Virus record (IMG/VR): IMGVR_UViG_3300017917_005108
Span: 64,001 to 128,000 of that record
From: a virus
Reading direction: 5' to 3' (one strand)
Length of the DNA: 64,000 bases
In this document: positions 19,412 through 28,164 of the stretch, one piece after another
How positions within the stretch are numbered: the first letter of the stretch is position 1
Layout of the letters: the number at the start of each line of letters is the position of its first letter
The notes under the pieces: generated by a model
What the model saw: the letters and a program-made list of their open reading frames with translations, nothing else
Database searches by the model: none
Told to the model about the DNA's origin: nothing
Position numbers and translations under genes: made by a program

Positions 19412-20737
19412 TCAACTCAAGGATAGATTTGTAAGTGTTGATATTGAAGATGTTGAAGCTTCCGTTTCATTATTGATTTCATCTTCAGTTAATGTAAGAG
19501 TTGAGTAGTCAATGCGCATATTAACAGAGCCAAAGTTTGCACCAAATCTATTCTTCATCATACCCATCTTTATTACACCTAATTCTTTATCTGTATCTTC
19601 TTGCCAAATGCTTAATATTACGTCAGCAGTAAAGCCTAATCCCATAGATTCGGATAATGTCTTTAATCCGGGATCACTAACTTCATAGCCTTCTCTATTG
19701 AGCTGTGTAGCAGATATGACAGGAAAATTAAAGACATAGCTCAAAGCTCTCAACTGTTCTGTGACGTATTTAACTCTTTCATATGTGTTATTACCGATAG
19801 TAGTATGAAGAAGATTAACGTAGTCAACAACAAGAGCATCTATTTTAATGCCTTTATTTACAATCTTCTTAATGAATGCTTTTAGGTTATTTGTTGTTAT
19901 AGTCGATGGGGGGAATTCTTTAATAATAATCTTTGATGATGGATTGGTGTTTCTATAGTCCTGTAATTGTTGAAATAGTGTAGTAGATTCACTCTTAAGA
20001 TGGCTAAAAGGTATTTTTGTAATATTAGTACAAAGTCTTTTTGCGTATATCATTTCAGGCATCTCAAGAGATACAAGTAATACTGTCTTACCCTGTGATG
20101 CAATGTTTACTGCAATATTACCTAAGAAGATTGACTTACCGATATTAGTTTCACCTGCAAAAATATAAATAGATCTTCCACTTTCTAGAAAACCACCGCC
20201 AATCTTATCATCAAGCCATTTCCATTTAGAAGATATATAATTCTCTTGCTTATTTAAATCATCAATAATTTGGTTGGTATCTTCAAGCAAATCAAGTCCA
20301 ATATTTGTTGTTAATGATACGTTACAGGCTTTTTCAAATTTATCTAAAACTGCGCTTGTATCTACGGAGTTTTTATTAATATCGTCAACAACCTCAAGCA
20401 TTGTATAGTATACAGATTTCTCTTTTAAGAATGTCTCAGTATTAGAGTTTAATTCATCAGCATTTAAATTTTTATCAAAATTATTAAAACTATTGATTAC
20501 ATTTTTAAAGCTTGTTTTTAATTCTTCTGTAGTAAGATATGTCTTTATTTCTGTTGGTGTAGGCTTCACGCCTCTCTTTTGATAAAATTCTTTTATTACT
20601 GTAAAGATATTCTTTATATCTACATTTTTAAAATAAAGAGGCTTAACATAATCAATAATAGAAGCAAGATAAGTCTCATCAGTAAGAGACTTATACATAA
20701 TGACGTTCTCAAAAAAATCTAAATCAAGCTTCTGCAT
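19412..20737 (-). CDS. 41: Replicative helicase (gp41/DnaB-like)
   Basis: 'GETNIGKS', 'SLEM', 'IKEFP', 'VDYVNL', 'SATQLNR', 'SES', 'KNRFG'. Confidence 0.93.
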   Translation of the reverse strand: MQKLDLDFFENVIMYKSLTDETYLASIIDYVKPLYFKNVDIKNIFTVIKEFYQKRGVKPTPTEIKTYLTTEELKTSFKNVINSFNNFDKNLNADELNSNTETFLKEKSVYYTMLEVVDDINKNSVDTSAVLDKFEKACNVSLTTNIGLDLLEDTNQIIDDLNKQENYISSKWKWLDDKIGGGFLESGRSIYIFAGETNIGKSIFLGNIAVNIASQGKTVLLVSLEMPEMIYAKRLCTNITKIPFSHLKSESTTLFQQLQDYRNTNPSSKIIIKEFPPSTITTNNLKAFIKKIVNKGIKIDALVVDYVNLLHTTIGNNTYERVKYVTEQLRALSYVFNFPVISATQLNREGYEVSDPGLKTLSESMGLGFTADVILSIWQEDTDKELGVIKMGMMKNRFGANFGSVNMRIDYSTLTLTEDEINNETEASTSSISTLTNLSLS

Positions 20738-20745
20738 TATCTTTA

Positions 20746-21441
20746 TTATATACCTAAACTAGAATATTCACTAAGAAATTTTTCCTGGCTCTGTGTAAAA
20801 GATGGGTCATTAGGATTTAATAAACCGGGTGATCTATGAATTACCCATATAGGATGAACACCAAGCTTTAATTTTTTGGAATTTGCATCTAAACTACTTG
20901 CAATATCGTAATGATGGAATTTATAATTTTCATTAAACTTCCATCCAGACTTTTTAATTTTTTTAGTATCAATACTTATAAACAGACCATCTAGAATTGC
21001 TACGCGTGAAGGAGTGGCGCCAAAAGTAGTCATAACTAACGATTCGTTATCTGCAAAATGGGCAACAGCTCCTCTAAGATTACCACTACCAAAGCCACCG
21101 CACATTAAATGCCATAAAGCTGGTCTTATTATTTTTGCATTCACACCGCCAGCAAGACCAACTATATCATATCTTGTATGAGCTGCTACAAGCTTATCTA
21201 CGACATTAAAGTCATCTATATAAACATCATCATGAACAAAAACTATATAATCATAATTTGAAATATTATCAAATAATTCTTTATTATATCTTACACTAAG
21301 GCCATCAGTGTTATTGCAAGCATAGTGTATATCAATATCGTGCTGTGTTTTTACTTTTTCTGTTATTTTAGATATACTGTTGTAGAAAAGAGTATTTTCT
21401 ATGCTTGGGCTTCTAGTAGCGCTAAAAAATGCTATCTTCAT
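20746..21441 (-). CDS. GT2-like glycosyltransferase
   Basis: 'YN', 'FVHDDVYI', 'IVGLAG', 'LDGLF', 'FHHYD', 'IHRS'. Confidence 0.75.
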   Translation of the reverse strand: MKIAFFSATRSPSIENTLFYNSISKITEKVKTQHDIDIHYACNNTDGLSVRYNKELFDNISNYDYIVFVHDDVYIDDFNVVDKLVAAHTRYDIVGLAGGVNAKIIRPALWHLMCGGFGSGNLRGAVAHFADNESLVMTTFGATPSRVAILDGLFISIDTKKIKKSGWKFNENYKFHHYDIASSLDANSKKLKLGVHPIWVIHRSPGLLNPNDPSFTQSQEKFLSEYSSLGI

Positions 21442-22124
21442 GCAGTAAAGAAAGGTGAATTTGGTTTAAATTCACCAACAGATGTGAGCCCTTCCACTGT
21501 TTGTAAAAAAAGTGTACCTTCTTCGAGAGGTTTGAATTTATCGTGCGGTATAGATGAGAAATCATTGCTAATATAATCTGCATATAGCGTGCTTCCAGAA
21601 CGAGCTAGATATACGTTACCGGTTTTGCTATTATATATCCAAAGTCCAAATGTTCCTTTTAAAAGTGATAATGCAGTACAAATACAGTCAACTTCTTTCT
21701 TCGACTTCTCGCAGACAGAATGTATCAGTGCAGGTATAACAGATGAATCTACTTCATTAATGCTTTTATATTTTTTAAGCTGCTTTTTAAGCTCATTATG
21801 ATTTGTAAGAACACCATTATGCGCTACATACCATTCCTTCTCATTAAATGGATGAGTTGTATCGTGTTTATAGTCTCTTTGAGATGAGGTCGGTGCTTGC
21901 GTATGGCCAAGGTAATTCTTAAAATCACTCAAAAGCATAGATTTTTTTCCCTTCAATTGAAGGGCTGGTTTTCCAGAAAAATTAAATGTTCCTTTTACTT
22001 TTACAACAGCGTGTAACTTATTGTCAATAAACACACCTCCATAAGAGAAATTACCTCGTTTCTTATTTTTCTTATATAAAGACACATATCTTTTATAATC
22101 CTTTGATCCGAAGATACCGCACAT
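21438..22124 (-). CDS. Stand-alone class II glutamine amidotransferase (Ntn-hydrolase)
   Basis: 'MCGIFG', 'RG', 'GHTQAPT', 'HPF', 'AHNGVLTN', 'VDS'. Confidence 0.85.
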   Translation of the reverse strand: MCGIFGSKDYKRYVSLYKKNKKRGNFSYGGVFIDNKLHAVVKVKGTFNFSGKPALQLKGKKSMLLSDFKNYLGHTQAPTSSQRDYKHDTTHPFNEKEWYVAHNGVLTNHNELKKQLKKYKSINEVDSSVIPALIHSVCEKSKKEVDCICTALSLLKGTFGLWIYNSKTGNVYLARSGSTLYADYISNDFSSIPHDKFKPLEEGTLFLQTVEGLTSVGEFKPNSPFFTA

Positions 22125-22160
22125 TCATATATTATATGCGATTAGCATAAATAATTCAAG

Positions 22161-23030
22161 ATGAATAATGATAGTAAGTTAATATTTGAAGCATATTTAC
22201 AGAAAAAAATGTTAAATGAAGCACCTCCTGCATATGCAATGGGGGATTTAGATATATCTGAACCTAGTCTTAAATCAGCTCCTGGCGGTGGCTATGGCCT
22301 TAAGAAAGCAGCTGCAAAATCAGGTAAATCTATGAAAGAAGTTTCTGATGAATTGGTTAAAAAGATTCAATCACAGCTCTTTAAGCCTGAATCTCACACA
22401 GTTGATGGTGTTGAATATACCCTCTTTTATCCTGGTAATGAAATGAAGCTCCGTAATGATCTACATAGCTTAATTCAAAAAGAACTTGGATTGGGTAAAA
22501 CAGAAGCGGGTTATACAGCTAGAATTGTAAGAAATATGTTAAACATAGTTGTAAAAGATGAAGTAACAGGTGGTATAGCTGTTGCTCCAGAGAAAGTTAA
22601 AGACGCAGTCAAAGCAGGTGCAGCTAAGCCAGTGAAAACAGAAACTGTTTATGAAATTGAAAAAAGTGTTAAAGTTCCAGATAAATCATTAAGAAAATTT
22701 ATTCTATCATTGCCTGACGAAGATGTACCTGAAAAAGAGATTCTAGGTGTTCTAAAAAATGCTATAAAAGAATATAATGATACACCTGGCTTATCAAAAG
22801 AAGATATGCTAAAAATGAGAAGCTTAGAGCTTGTTGATAAGCTTACAGAGCTGGGTGTTTTAAGGACAAAGCAAGTAGAAGCAAAGCAAAAAGAAGGTGA
22901 AGGTTCTGGAGAAGTTGAGACTATTGAAGATTATCCAGAAACTGATACCGCTGGTTCAGTAGCTAGAGAACTTGGTTACATTGGTCGTGGTAGAGGATTT
23001 GATGCTGGTGGCTTTAGTTATAACGACTAA
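22161..23030 (+). CDS. Hypothetical late protein (possible virion internal protein)
   Basis: TAAATA at 22148-22153; starts MNNDSKLIFEAY; opposite strand to its neighbours. Confidence 0.7.
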   Translation: MNNDSKLIFEAYLQKKMLNEAPPAYAMGDLDISEPSLKSAPGGGYGLKKAAAKSGKSMKEVSDELVKKIQSQLFKPESHTVDGVEYTLFYPGNEMKLRNDLHSLIQKELGLGKTEAGYTARIVRNMLNIVVKDEVTGGIAVAPEKVKDAVKAGAAKPVKTETVYEIEKSVKVPDKSLRKFILSLPDEDVPEKEILGVLKNAIKEYNDTPGLSKEDMLKMRSLELVDKLTELGVLRTKQVEAKQKEGEGSGEVETIEDYPETDTAGSVARELGYIGRGRGFDAGGFSYND

Positions 23031-23763
23031 TTGATTTACAATTATATTTTTTCCACGGAATTTCCTTACTATAGGGCACTGGATCAATAAAGCCTGCATC
23101 TATAAAACCTTTTATCCTCAAAGAGCATGCAGTACATTCACCGCAAGCTTGCTCTCTTCCTTCATAGCAAGTCCAGGTTTGACTGAAATCTACTCCAAGC
23201 TTAACACCTAATTTTATAATTTCTTCTTTAGATTTATCAATTAATGGTGCTTGAACTGTAATTCTGTTTCTTCTATTAAGAGCTGACACCTTATTAATTT
23301 GCTCAAGAAACTCATCACTCCCGTCCCAAAACCCTGCAACACTATCAGCTTGTGCAGCTCCATGAAAAACAGTACTAGCGCCATAGTTTTCTGCGATTGC
23401 GAGAGAGATACTAAGTAACATTAAGTTTCTGTATGGAACATAGTTTACTGTTTGCGGGTCACCCATTACGTCCTTAGCTTTTGCTACTGCAATCTTACTA
23501 TTAAGAAGTGAAGAGACTTGACATATATCTTTGAAAAACGGTAATTTTATGTGCAAACTGTCGACCGGCATATCAACTGATTCAATCTGAAATGACGCGC
23601 AGTTTATTTCTTTATCACGGTGTTTTTGACCGTAATCATAGTTAACCGTAATTATCTTATCATACCTACTTGCAGCCAAATGAAGTAGGACAGTACTATC
23701 CATGCCCCCAGAAATAGGGACTACTGCTTTACTCGTGTGGTTCTTCTTCTGTTTGCGCTTCAT
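23014..23763 (-). CDS. queC: QueC-family (7-cyano-7-deazaguanine synthase-like) protein
   Basis: 'SGGMDST', 'YGQKH', 'VPYRN', 'TWTCY', 'CGECTACSLR'. Confidence 0.88.
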   Translation of the reverse strand: MKRKQKKNHTSKAVVPISGGMDSTVLLHLAASRYDKIITVNYDYGQKHRDKEINCASFQIESVDMPVDSLHIKLPFFKDICQVSSLLNSKIAVAKAKDVMGDPQTVNYVPYRNLMLLSISLAIAENYGASTVFHGAAQADSVAGFWDGSDEFLEQINKVSALNRRNRITVQAPLIDKSKEEIIKLGVKLGVDFSQTWTCYEGREQACGECTACSLRIKGFIDAGFIDPVPYSKEIPWKKYNCKSISRYN

Positions 23764-24847
23764 TTGAATTATACTTGTATTCTTCGGTTAAGCGCTTGTC
23801 GAGTTCAGGTATAATGAATTCCTCGTAGAAAGCGGGGTCTTTTGCAAAACTCTTTGCATACCCTAGTTTATCACCTTTCTTATATTTTCCACTTGTAACA
23901 CCTACAGTATAAGTAGCACCATTTTGTTCAACAATACCTCTTGCTGCAGCCATTCCTAATAACCCACTATACTTGTTAAGTCCTGTCTTAAAGGACAGAT
24001 ACATTTCTGTCTCTAAGAATGGCGGTAAGAAGCGATTCTTTACAGTTAAAGCACGTAATGTTGTACCGCTGTATTTGTTAGCCTCTGCAATCTTTTTATC
24101 TTCTGCATCAATAGAATCACCTTCACCCTCTTTTTCATGACGCTTAGCAAGCTGTACAAGTATACTAGCCATGTATACTGGACCTGAGCCACCAGCTTGA
24201 TTCTTCACAAGACTAGGAAACATTGCAGCTGGGTCATCATATGTATGGTTAGTAAAGAGAATAGTTACACCAGCTTTTGCAGCTTTGAAAGTTAGAGTAC
24301 GGAATAAACTCTTAAGAGACTTTGCCCTAAGTCCCATATCAGCAGCTGATTTATCCTTTGCAACGTCGTCTAGCTCTTTTTGAGAAGCGAGATTACCTAA
24401 ACTATCAATACTAATAATAAATTTACCTTTAGCATTATTTTCTACTACACTATCAAGAAATGCTGCGATTTGGTTACGACACTGATCAATAGTATCTACA
24501 GGTACGTACTTAGTGTTTTCAGGATCTAAGCCAACACCTTTTGTACTATTTTCATCTATAGCAATTTCTGTGTCAAATATGACCGGTGTAATGCCTTTCT
24601 TTTGAGCATTAGCTAGAATCTTATTTACAATAAATGTTTTACCAGTTTGACTTGGTCCAGAGAATCCTGTTATTCTTCCCTTAGGGACACCACCACCGCG
24701 GCAACTGCCACCAAGTATAGCGTTAAGAGCATAACATCCTGTATCAAACCACTCATCAACTTTACTAAGTGCATTTTCGTTTAAAAAGGAAGCTTCGCTA
24801 TTTAGTTTATCTAGACTTGCAAATATTTTACTAAGGTCTTTGCTCAT
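23729..24847 (-). CDS. uvsX: RecA-like recombinase (UvsX)
   Basis: 'DTGCYALN', 'GPSQTGKT', 'FDTE', 'IDSLGNL', 'DMGLRAK', 'TNHTY', 'KNRF'. Confidence 0.92.
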   Translation of the reverse strand: MSKDLSKIFASLDKLNSEASFLNENALSKVDEWFDTGCYALNAILGGSCRGGGVPKGRITGFSGPSQTGKTFIVNKILANAQKKGITPVIFDTEIAIDENSTKGVGLDPENTKYVPVDTIDQCRNQIAAFLDSVVENNAKGKFIISIDSLGNLASQKELDDVAKDKSAADMGLRAKSLKSLFRTLTFKAAKAGVTILFTNHTYDDPAAMFPSLVKNQAGGSGPVYMASILVQLAKRHEKEGEGDSIDAEDKKIAEANKYSGTTLRALTVKNRFLPPFLETEMYLSFKTGLNKYSGLLGMAAARGIVEQNGATYTVGVTSGKYKKGDKLGYAKSFAKDPAFYEEFIIPELDKRLTEEYKYNSNEAQTEEEPHE

Positions 24848-24884
24848 AGTTCTAGTATATTATAATTTGATAATATATCAACTA

Positions 24885-25244
24885 TTATTCGTCAAAGAGC
24901 TTGATAACTTTTTCAGGCTGAGGGGCAGCTGCAGGTGCAGGCTGCGCAGTAAACAATCTCTTATACTGCTCTAGAAGACGTTCATCATTCTCAACATCAA
25001 CAGCTTCAACAATAGAAGCTCTGTTAAAATTCCAAGTAGAACCAGCTTCACGGTTCTTTTCTGAAATAAATTCTCTAAAATAGAGAGGGATAGTCTGGAC
25101 ATTAAGTTGTCCCTGGGGTGTAGGCTGTACATGAAGAATAGCAGGATTCTTTACCTTTAGCTTATCCTTTGTCTCATCAACAAGTTCAGCAATAATGGTA
25201 CGGCCAATGTGATCAATAAAAGTTACAATATTTTGGTTACTCAT
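24885..25244 (-). CDS. Conserved-looking small phage protein (possible Sm-like fold)
   Basis: 'GRTIIAEL...VKNPAIL', 'LLEQYKRLF'. Confidence 0.6.
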   Translation of the reverse strand: MSNQNIVTFIDHIGRTIIAELVDETKDKLKVKNPAILHVQPTPQGQLNVQTIPLYFREFISEKNREAGSTWNFNRASIVEAVDVENDERLLEQYKRLFTAQPAPAAAPQPEKVIKLFDE

Positions 25245-25263
25245 ACTACAATTTTATTATATT

Positions 25264-26247
25264 TTATCTAGAAATCAACTGTACAATTTCTTTCCAAGCA
25301 CTGTAAGTTTTTTCTTTATCTTTATTATTAACAACTAGGTTATTGTTTTTTAATAACTGCTTTAAATGTGAAAATGAATCAAAATAATTTACACTATACG
25401 TATTGTTATAGAAGTCACATAAACTTAGCCATTTTTCATTTAAAAAATTCTCTCTTTTTCTTCTATCGTCAAATCCTCTAAAAGTTAACTCTGAAAATAA
25501 AGGTATACCTCTATTTGGCCAATTTTGATTGATAAGTTCTAGTATAAACTTCAAACTAGGCATTAAAATAGGTACACCTGCTGTTGTTTGTTCAAACAAA
25601 GACATTGTAGAATTGTGATATGGAAAATGAACGATTGATTTGTAGGAATAAAGATCTTTATATGTATAGTCTCCTAATTTACTTTGATGTATTAGATTTT
25701 CATCCTCTATAAAATTTTTAGAAAAAACTATTGAACTGTTGTGTTTTGGTGTATATTTTTCTTTAGTGTAGTCACATAAGCTTGGTATTAGTTTTATATC
25801 TCTATTAAAAAATAATTTACTGTAGTGTATATCAAATTCATTGTTAGCTATTAAAATGAGATTTTTGTTGTTGTTTAATGACTCTTCTAACCATAATAGT
25901 CTTGATGGGTCATTGTGAAGTGGAAAATCATATCGTATAGGAATAACAACTATTATAGGTTTATTAAACTTTTCGTAGAGTTTTAAAAACGCTGTAGGGT
26001 ATGCTACTATAAATGCATCATATTTGTCTAGTTCATTTTTATGGTGTTTGTAGAAATCATCACACATTTTTTGGTCTATCTTAGACCAGTTGCCATCATT
26101 TATAACTGGAGAGGGGCAAGATGGGTAGTTAAAAATATGTCTATGACCAGAGATTGACCAATGATCAACTTCATGGCCTAAGTGTTCTAGTATATTTTTT
26201 ATATCAGCAATAACAGCAATATGACAATCAATATTAAAAAACTTCAT
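25264..26247 (-). CDS. Putative GT-B glycosyltransferase
   Basis: 'YKSIVHFPYHNSTMSLFEQTTAGVPILMPS'; sugar-gene context. Confidence 0.55.
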   Translation of the reverse strand: MKFFNIDCHIAVIADIKNILEHLGHEVDHWSISGHRHIFNYPSCPSPVINDGNWSKIDQKMCDDFYKHHKNELDKYDAFIVAYPTAFLKLYEKFNKPIIVVIPIRYDFPLHNDPSRLLWLEESLNNNKNLILIANNEFDIHYSKLFFNRDIKLIPSLCDYTKEKYTPKHNSSIVFSKNFIEDENLIHQSKLGDYTYKDLYSYKSIVHFPYHNSTMSLFEQTTAGVPILMPSLKFILELINQNWPNRGIPLFSELTFRGFDDRRKRENFLNEKWLSLCDFYNNTYSVNYFDSFSHLKQLLKNNNLVVNNKDKEKTYSAWKEIVQLISR

Positions 26248-27413
26248 AGATTTTCATTTACTATTTTAATTACATGATCTAAATCTTTTTTAGATAAACT
26301 ACAGTGATTAGGTACATATAATCCCTTTGTATGAATTACATCTGCATTTGGAAGCGATGTCTTACCGTATAGGTTATACCAAAAAGGTTGTTGACCTATA
26401 GATCCACATATTAGAGGTCTGCATTCAACACCGCTATTTCTAAGAGCTTTTACTAGCCTATCTTTATTAGGTGTAATTATTGGATAGCAAAAATTAGAAA
26501 CAAAATTTTCAGAAAGCGGATTAATTTTCCAGTAAGGGTTAGTAATATTCTTATGATAATATTCGTAATTTTTGTTTCTTGTTTCAATTATTTTATCTAG
26601 TTTATTGAGCTGTATTAAGCCTATTTTAGCTTGTAAGTCTGTAGATCTTATGTTGAATCCTGGATAATAAAACGTGTAGAGAGCATTAAAATCATTTATA
26701 TTATATTTTTTTCTAAGCTTTTGTTGTACGGATGGTTCAAGATCTCTATCCCAGCCATGGCTTCTTATACTTGTTATTAAATTATAAATCTCTCTATCAT
26801 TTGTACAAACCATACCCCCTTCAATAGTAGAAAAATGATGACCAAAAAAGAAAGAGAAGGTACTAAAATCACCAAATGTTCCTAGTTTTTTATTATTAAA
26901 GCTTGATCCAATAGACTCACAAGTATCTTCTATGAGTCTTATATTATTTTTTTTACACAATCTTTGAATATATTCAATATTATTGCATGAAAACCCTAAA
27001 ACATGTACTAGTATTAATAGAGAAGGTTGTTCTTTTTTAATAATTTTTTCTAAATGCTCTATGTCAAGACCGAGATCATTCATATTACAGTCACACATAA
27101 TAGGTTGTAAGCCTAGTTGAATAGCAGGTGCTACTGTAGTAGCCCAAGAAATTGCAGGTACAATAATTTTCTTATTTTTAAGTTTATTTGTTTGTATAAG
27201 ACTATACATTGCAGCAAGATTAGCTGATGATCCAGAATTGACAAATACTGCATATTTGGTACCTAACCATCTAGCAAAACTTTTTTCAAATTCTGCAGTT
27301 CTATCTTTTTTAGTAAGTATAGGCGTTGTTTTCAGCCACTTGATGAGAGTGTTAATATCATGCTTGCTGATAGTGTCTTCAGCTAGCTTTACTTTTAAAA
27401 TTTTTGATGTCAT
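26244..27413 (-). CDS. PLP-dependent DegT/DnrJ-family sugar 3-dehydratase (ColD/RfbH-like)
   Basis: 'VNSGSSANL', 'EDTCES', 'SFFFGHHFSTIEGG' (His at the usual Lys position), 'RSHGWDR'. Confidence 0.85.
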   Translation of the reverse strand: MTSKILKVKLAEDTISKHDINTLIKWLKTTPILTKKDRTAEFEKSFARWLGTKYAVFVNSGSSANLAAMYSLIQTNKLKNKKIIVPAISWATTVAPAIQLGLQPIMCDCNMNDLGLDIEHLEKIIKKEQPSLLILVHVLGFSCNNIEYIQRLCKKNNIRLIEDTCESIGSSFNNKKLGTFGDFSTFSFFFGHHFSTIEGGMVCTNDREIYNLITSIRSHGWDRDLEPSVQQKLRKKYNINDFNALYTFYYPGFNIRSTDLQAKIGLIQLNKLDKIIETRNKNYEYYHKNITNPYWKINPLSENFVSNFCYPIITPNKDRLVKALRNSGVECRPLICGSIGQQPFWYNLYGKTSLPNADVIHTKGLYVPNHCSLSKKDLDHVIKIVNENL

Positions 27414-28164
27414 TAATTGTATCCTGCAGTAGATTGTTGTATCTTATTTTTGTCTTGTGATAGAAGAAATTACTGTGTACAGGCTTTAAATTTTTATCTT
27501 CAAACAAATAATCATCCACATTCATATTAAAATGACTATATAGGTTTGTTATAAATTCTTTTAAATTTACAGGATTACCTGAGCCTACCATTGACATATT
27601 TCGTACAAATTGAGACCTAAAAATCACATACTTAGGATGTACTAGGTCTCTTTTAAAATTTAAATCACCTGTATTAATTTTTTGGCTATTAATAATACTA
27701 TTAAAAATTTTGCTAAATAAAAATCCTTCTTTTCTGTATGGTGTATTAAAGTTGAATGGATGTACGAGATGTATATTGTTTGCTTTTTTATTATCTATAA
27801 ATTCTAATACATTTTCAGTTAAAACATGTTTTGATTTAAGGTAGGGGGAGTATTTATAGTTTATTGGTGTATCTATGGTGACACCGCCTTCATAGTTATT
27901 CCATAAATCGCCAGTACCATATAAATAAAAATCTGTTTTATCGTTATAAAGTTTTTCTAAAATTTCAAAAGTTAAAGCCACGTTTACATTTAGATAATCT
28001 TTCTCTGGTAAATCTAGAAAAGTTCTTTGTTCACAAAAAAAGAAATAAATTTTGTTCGCTTTTTTAGCTATATTATAATCAATGTCATTGGTTGAACAAA
28101 AAACAGTGTTTTCTTTTTCTATATATTGAGCTAGCTGCGAGTTCTTACCTATTACTAAATTCAT
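27379..28164 (-). CDS. Extended SDR nucleotide-sugar dehydratase/reductase (GMD/RMD-like, divergent)
   Basis: 'SPYLKSK', 'FNFNTPYRKEGFLFSKI', 'GDLNFKRDLVH', 'VGSG'. Confidence 0.7.
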   Translation of the reverse strand: MNLVIGKNSQLAQYIEKENTVFCSTNDIDYNIAKKANKIYFFFCEQRTFLDLPEKDYLNVNVALTFEILEKLYNDKTDFYLYGTGDLWNNYEGGVTIDTPINYKYSPYLKSKHVLTENVLEFIDNKKANNIHLVHPFNFNTPYRKEGFLFSKIFNSIINSQKINTGDLNFKRDLVHPKYVIFRSQFVRNMSMVGSGNPVNLKEFITNLYSHFNMNVDDYLFEDKNLKPVHSNFFYHKTKIRYNNLLQDTINDIKNFKSKAS

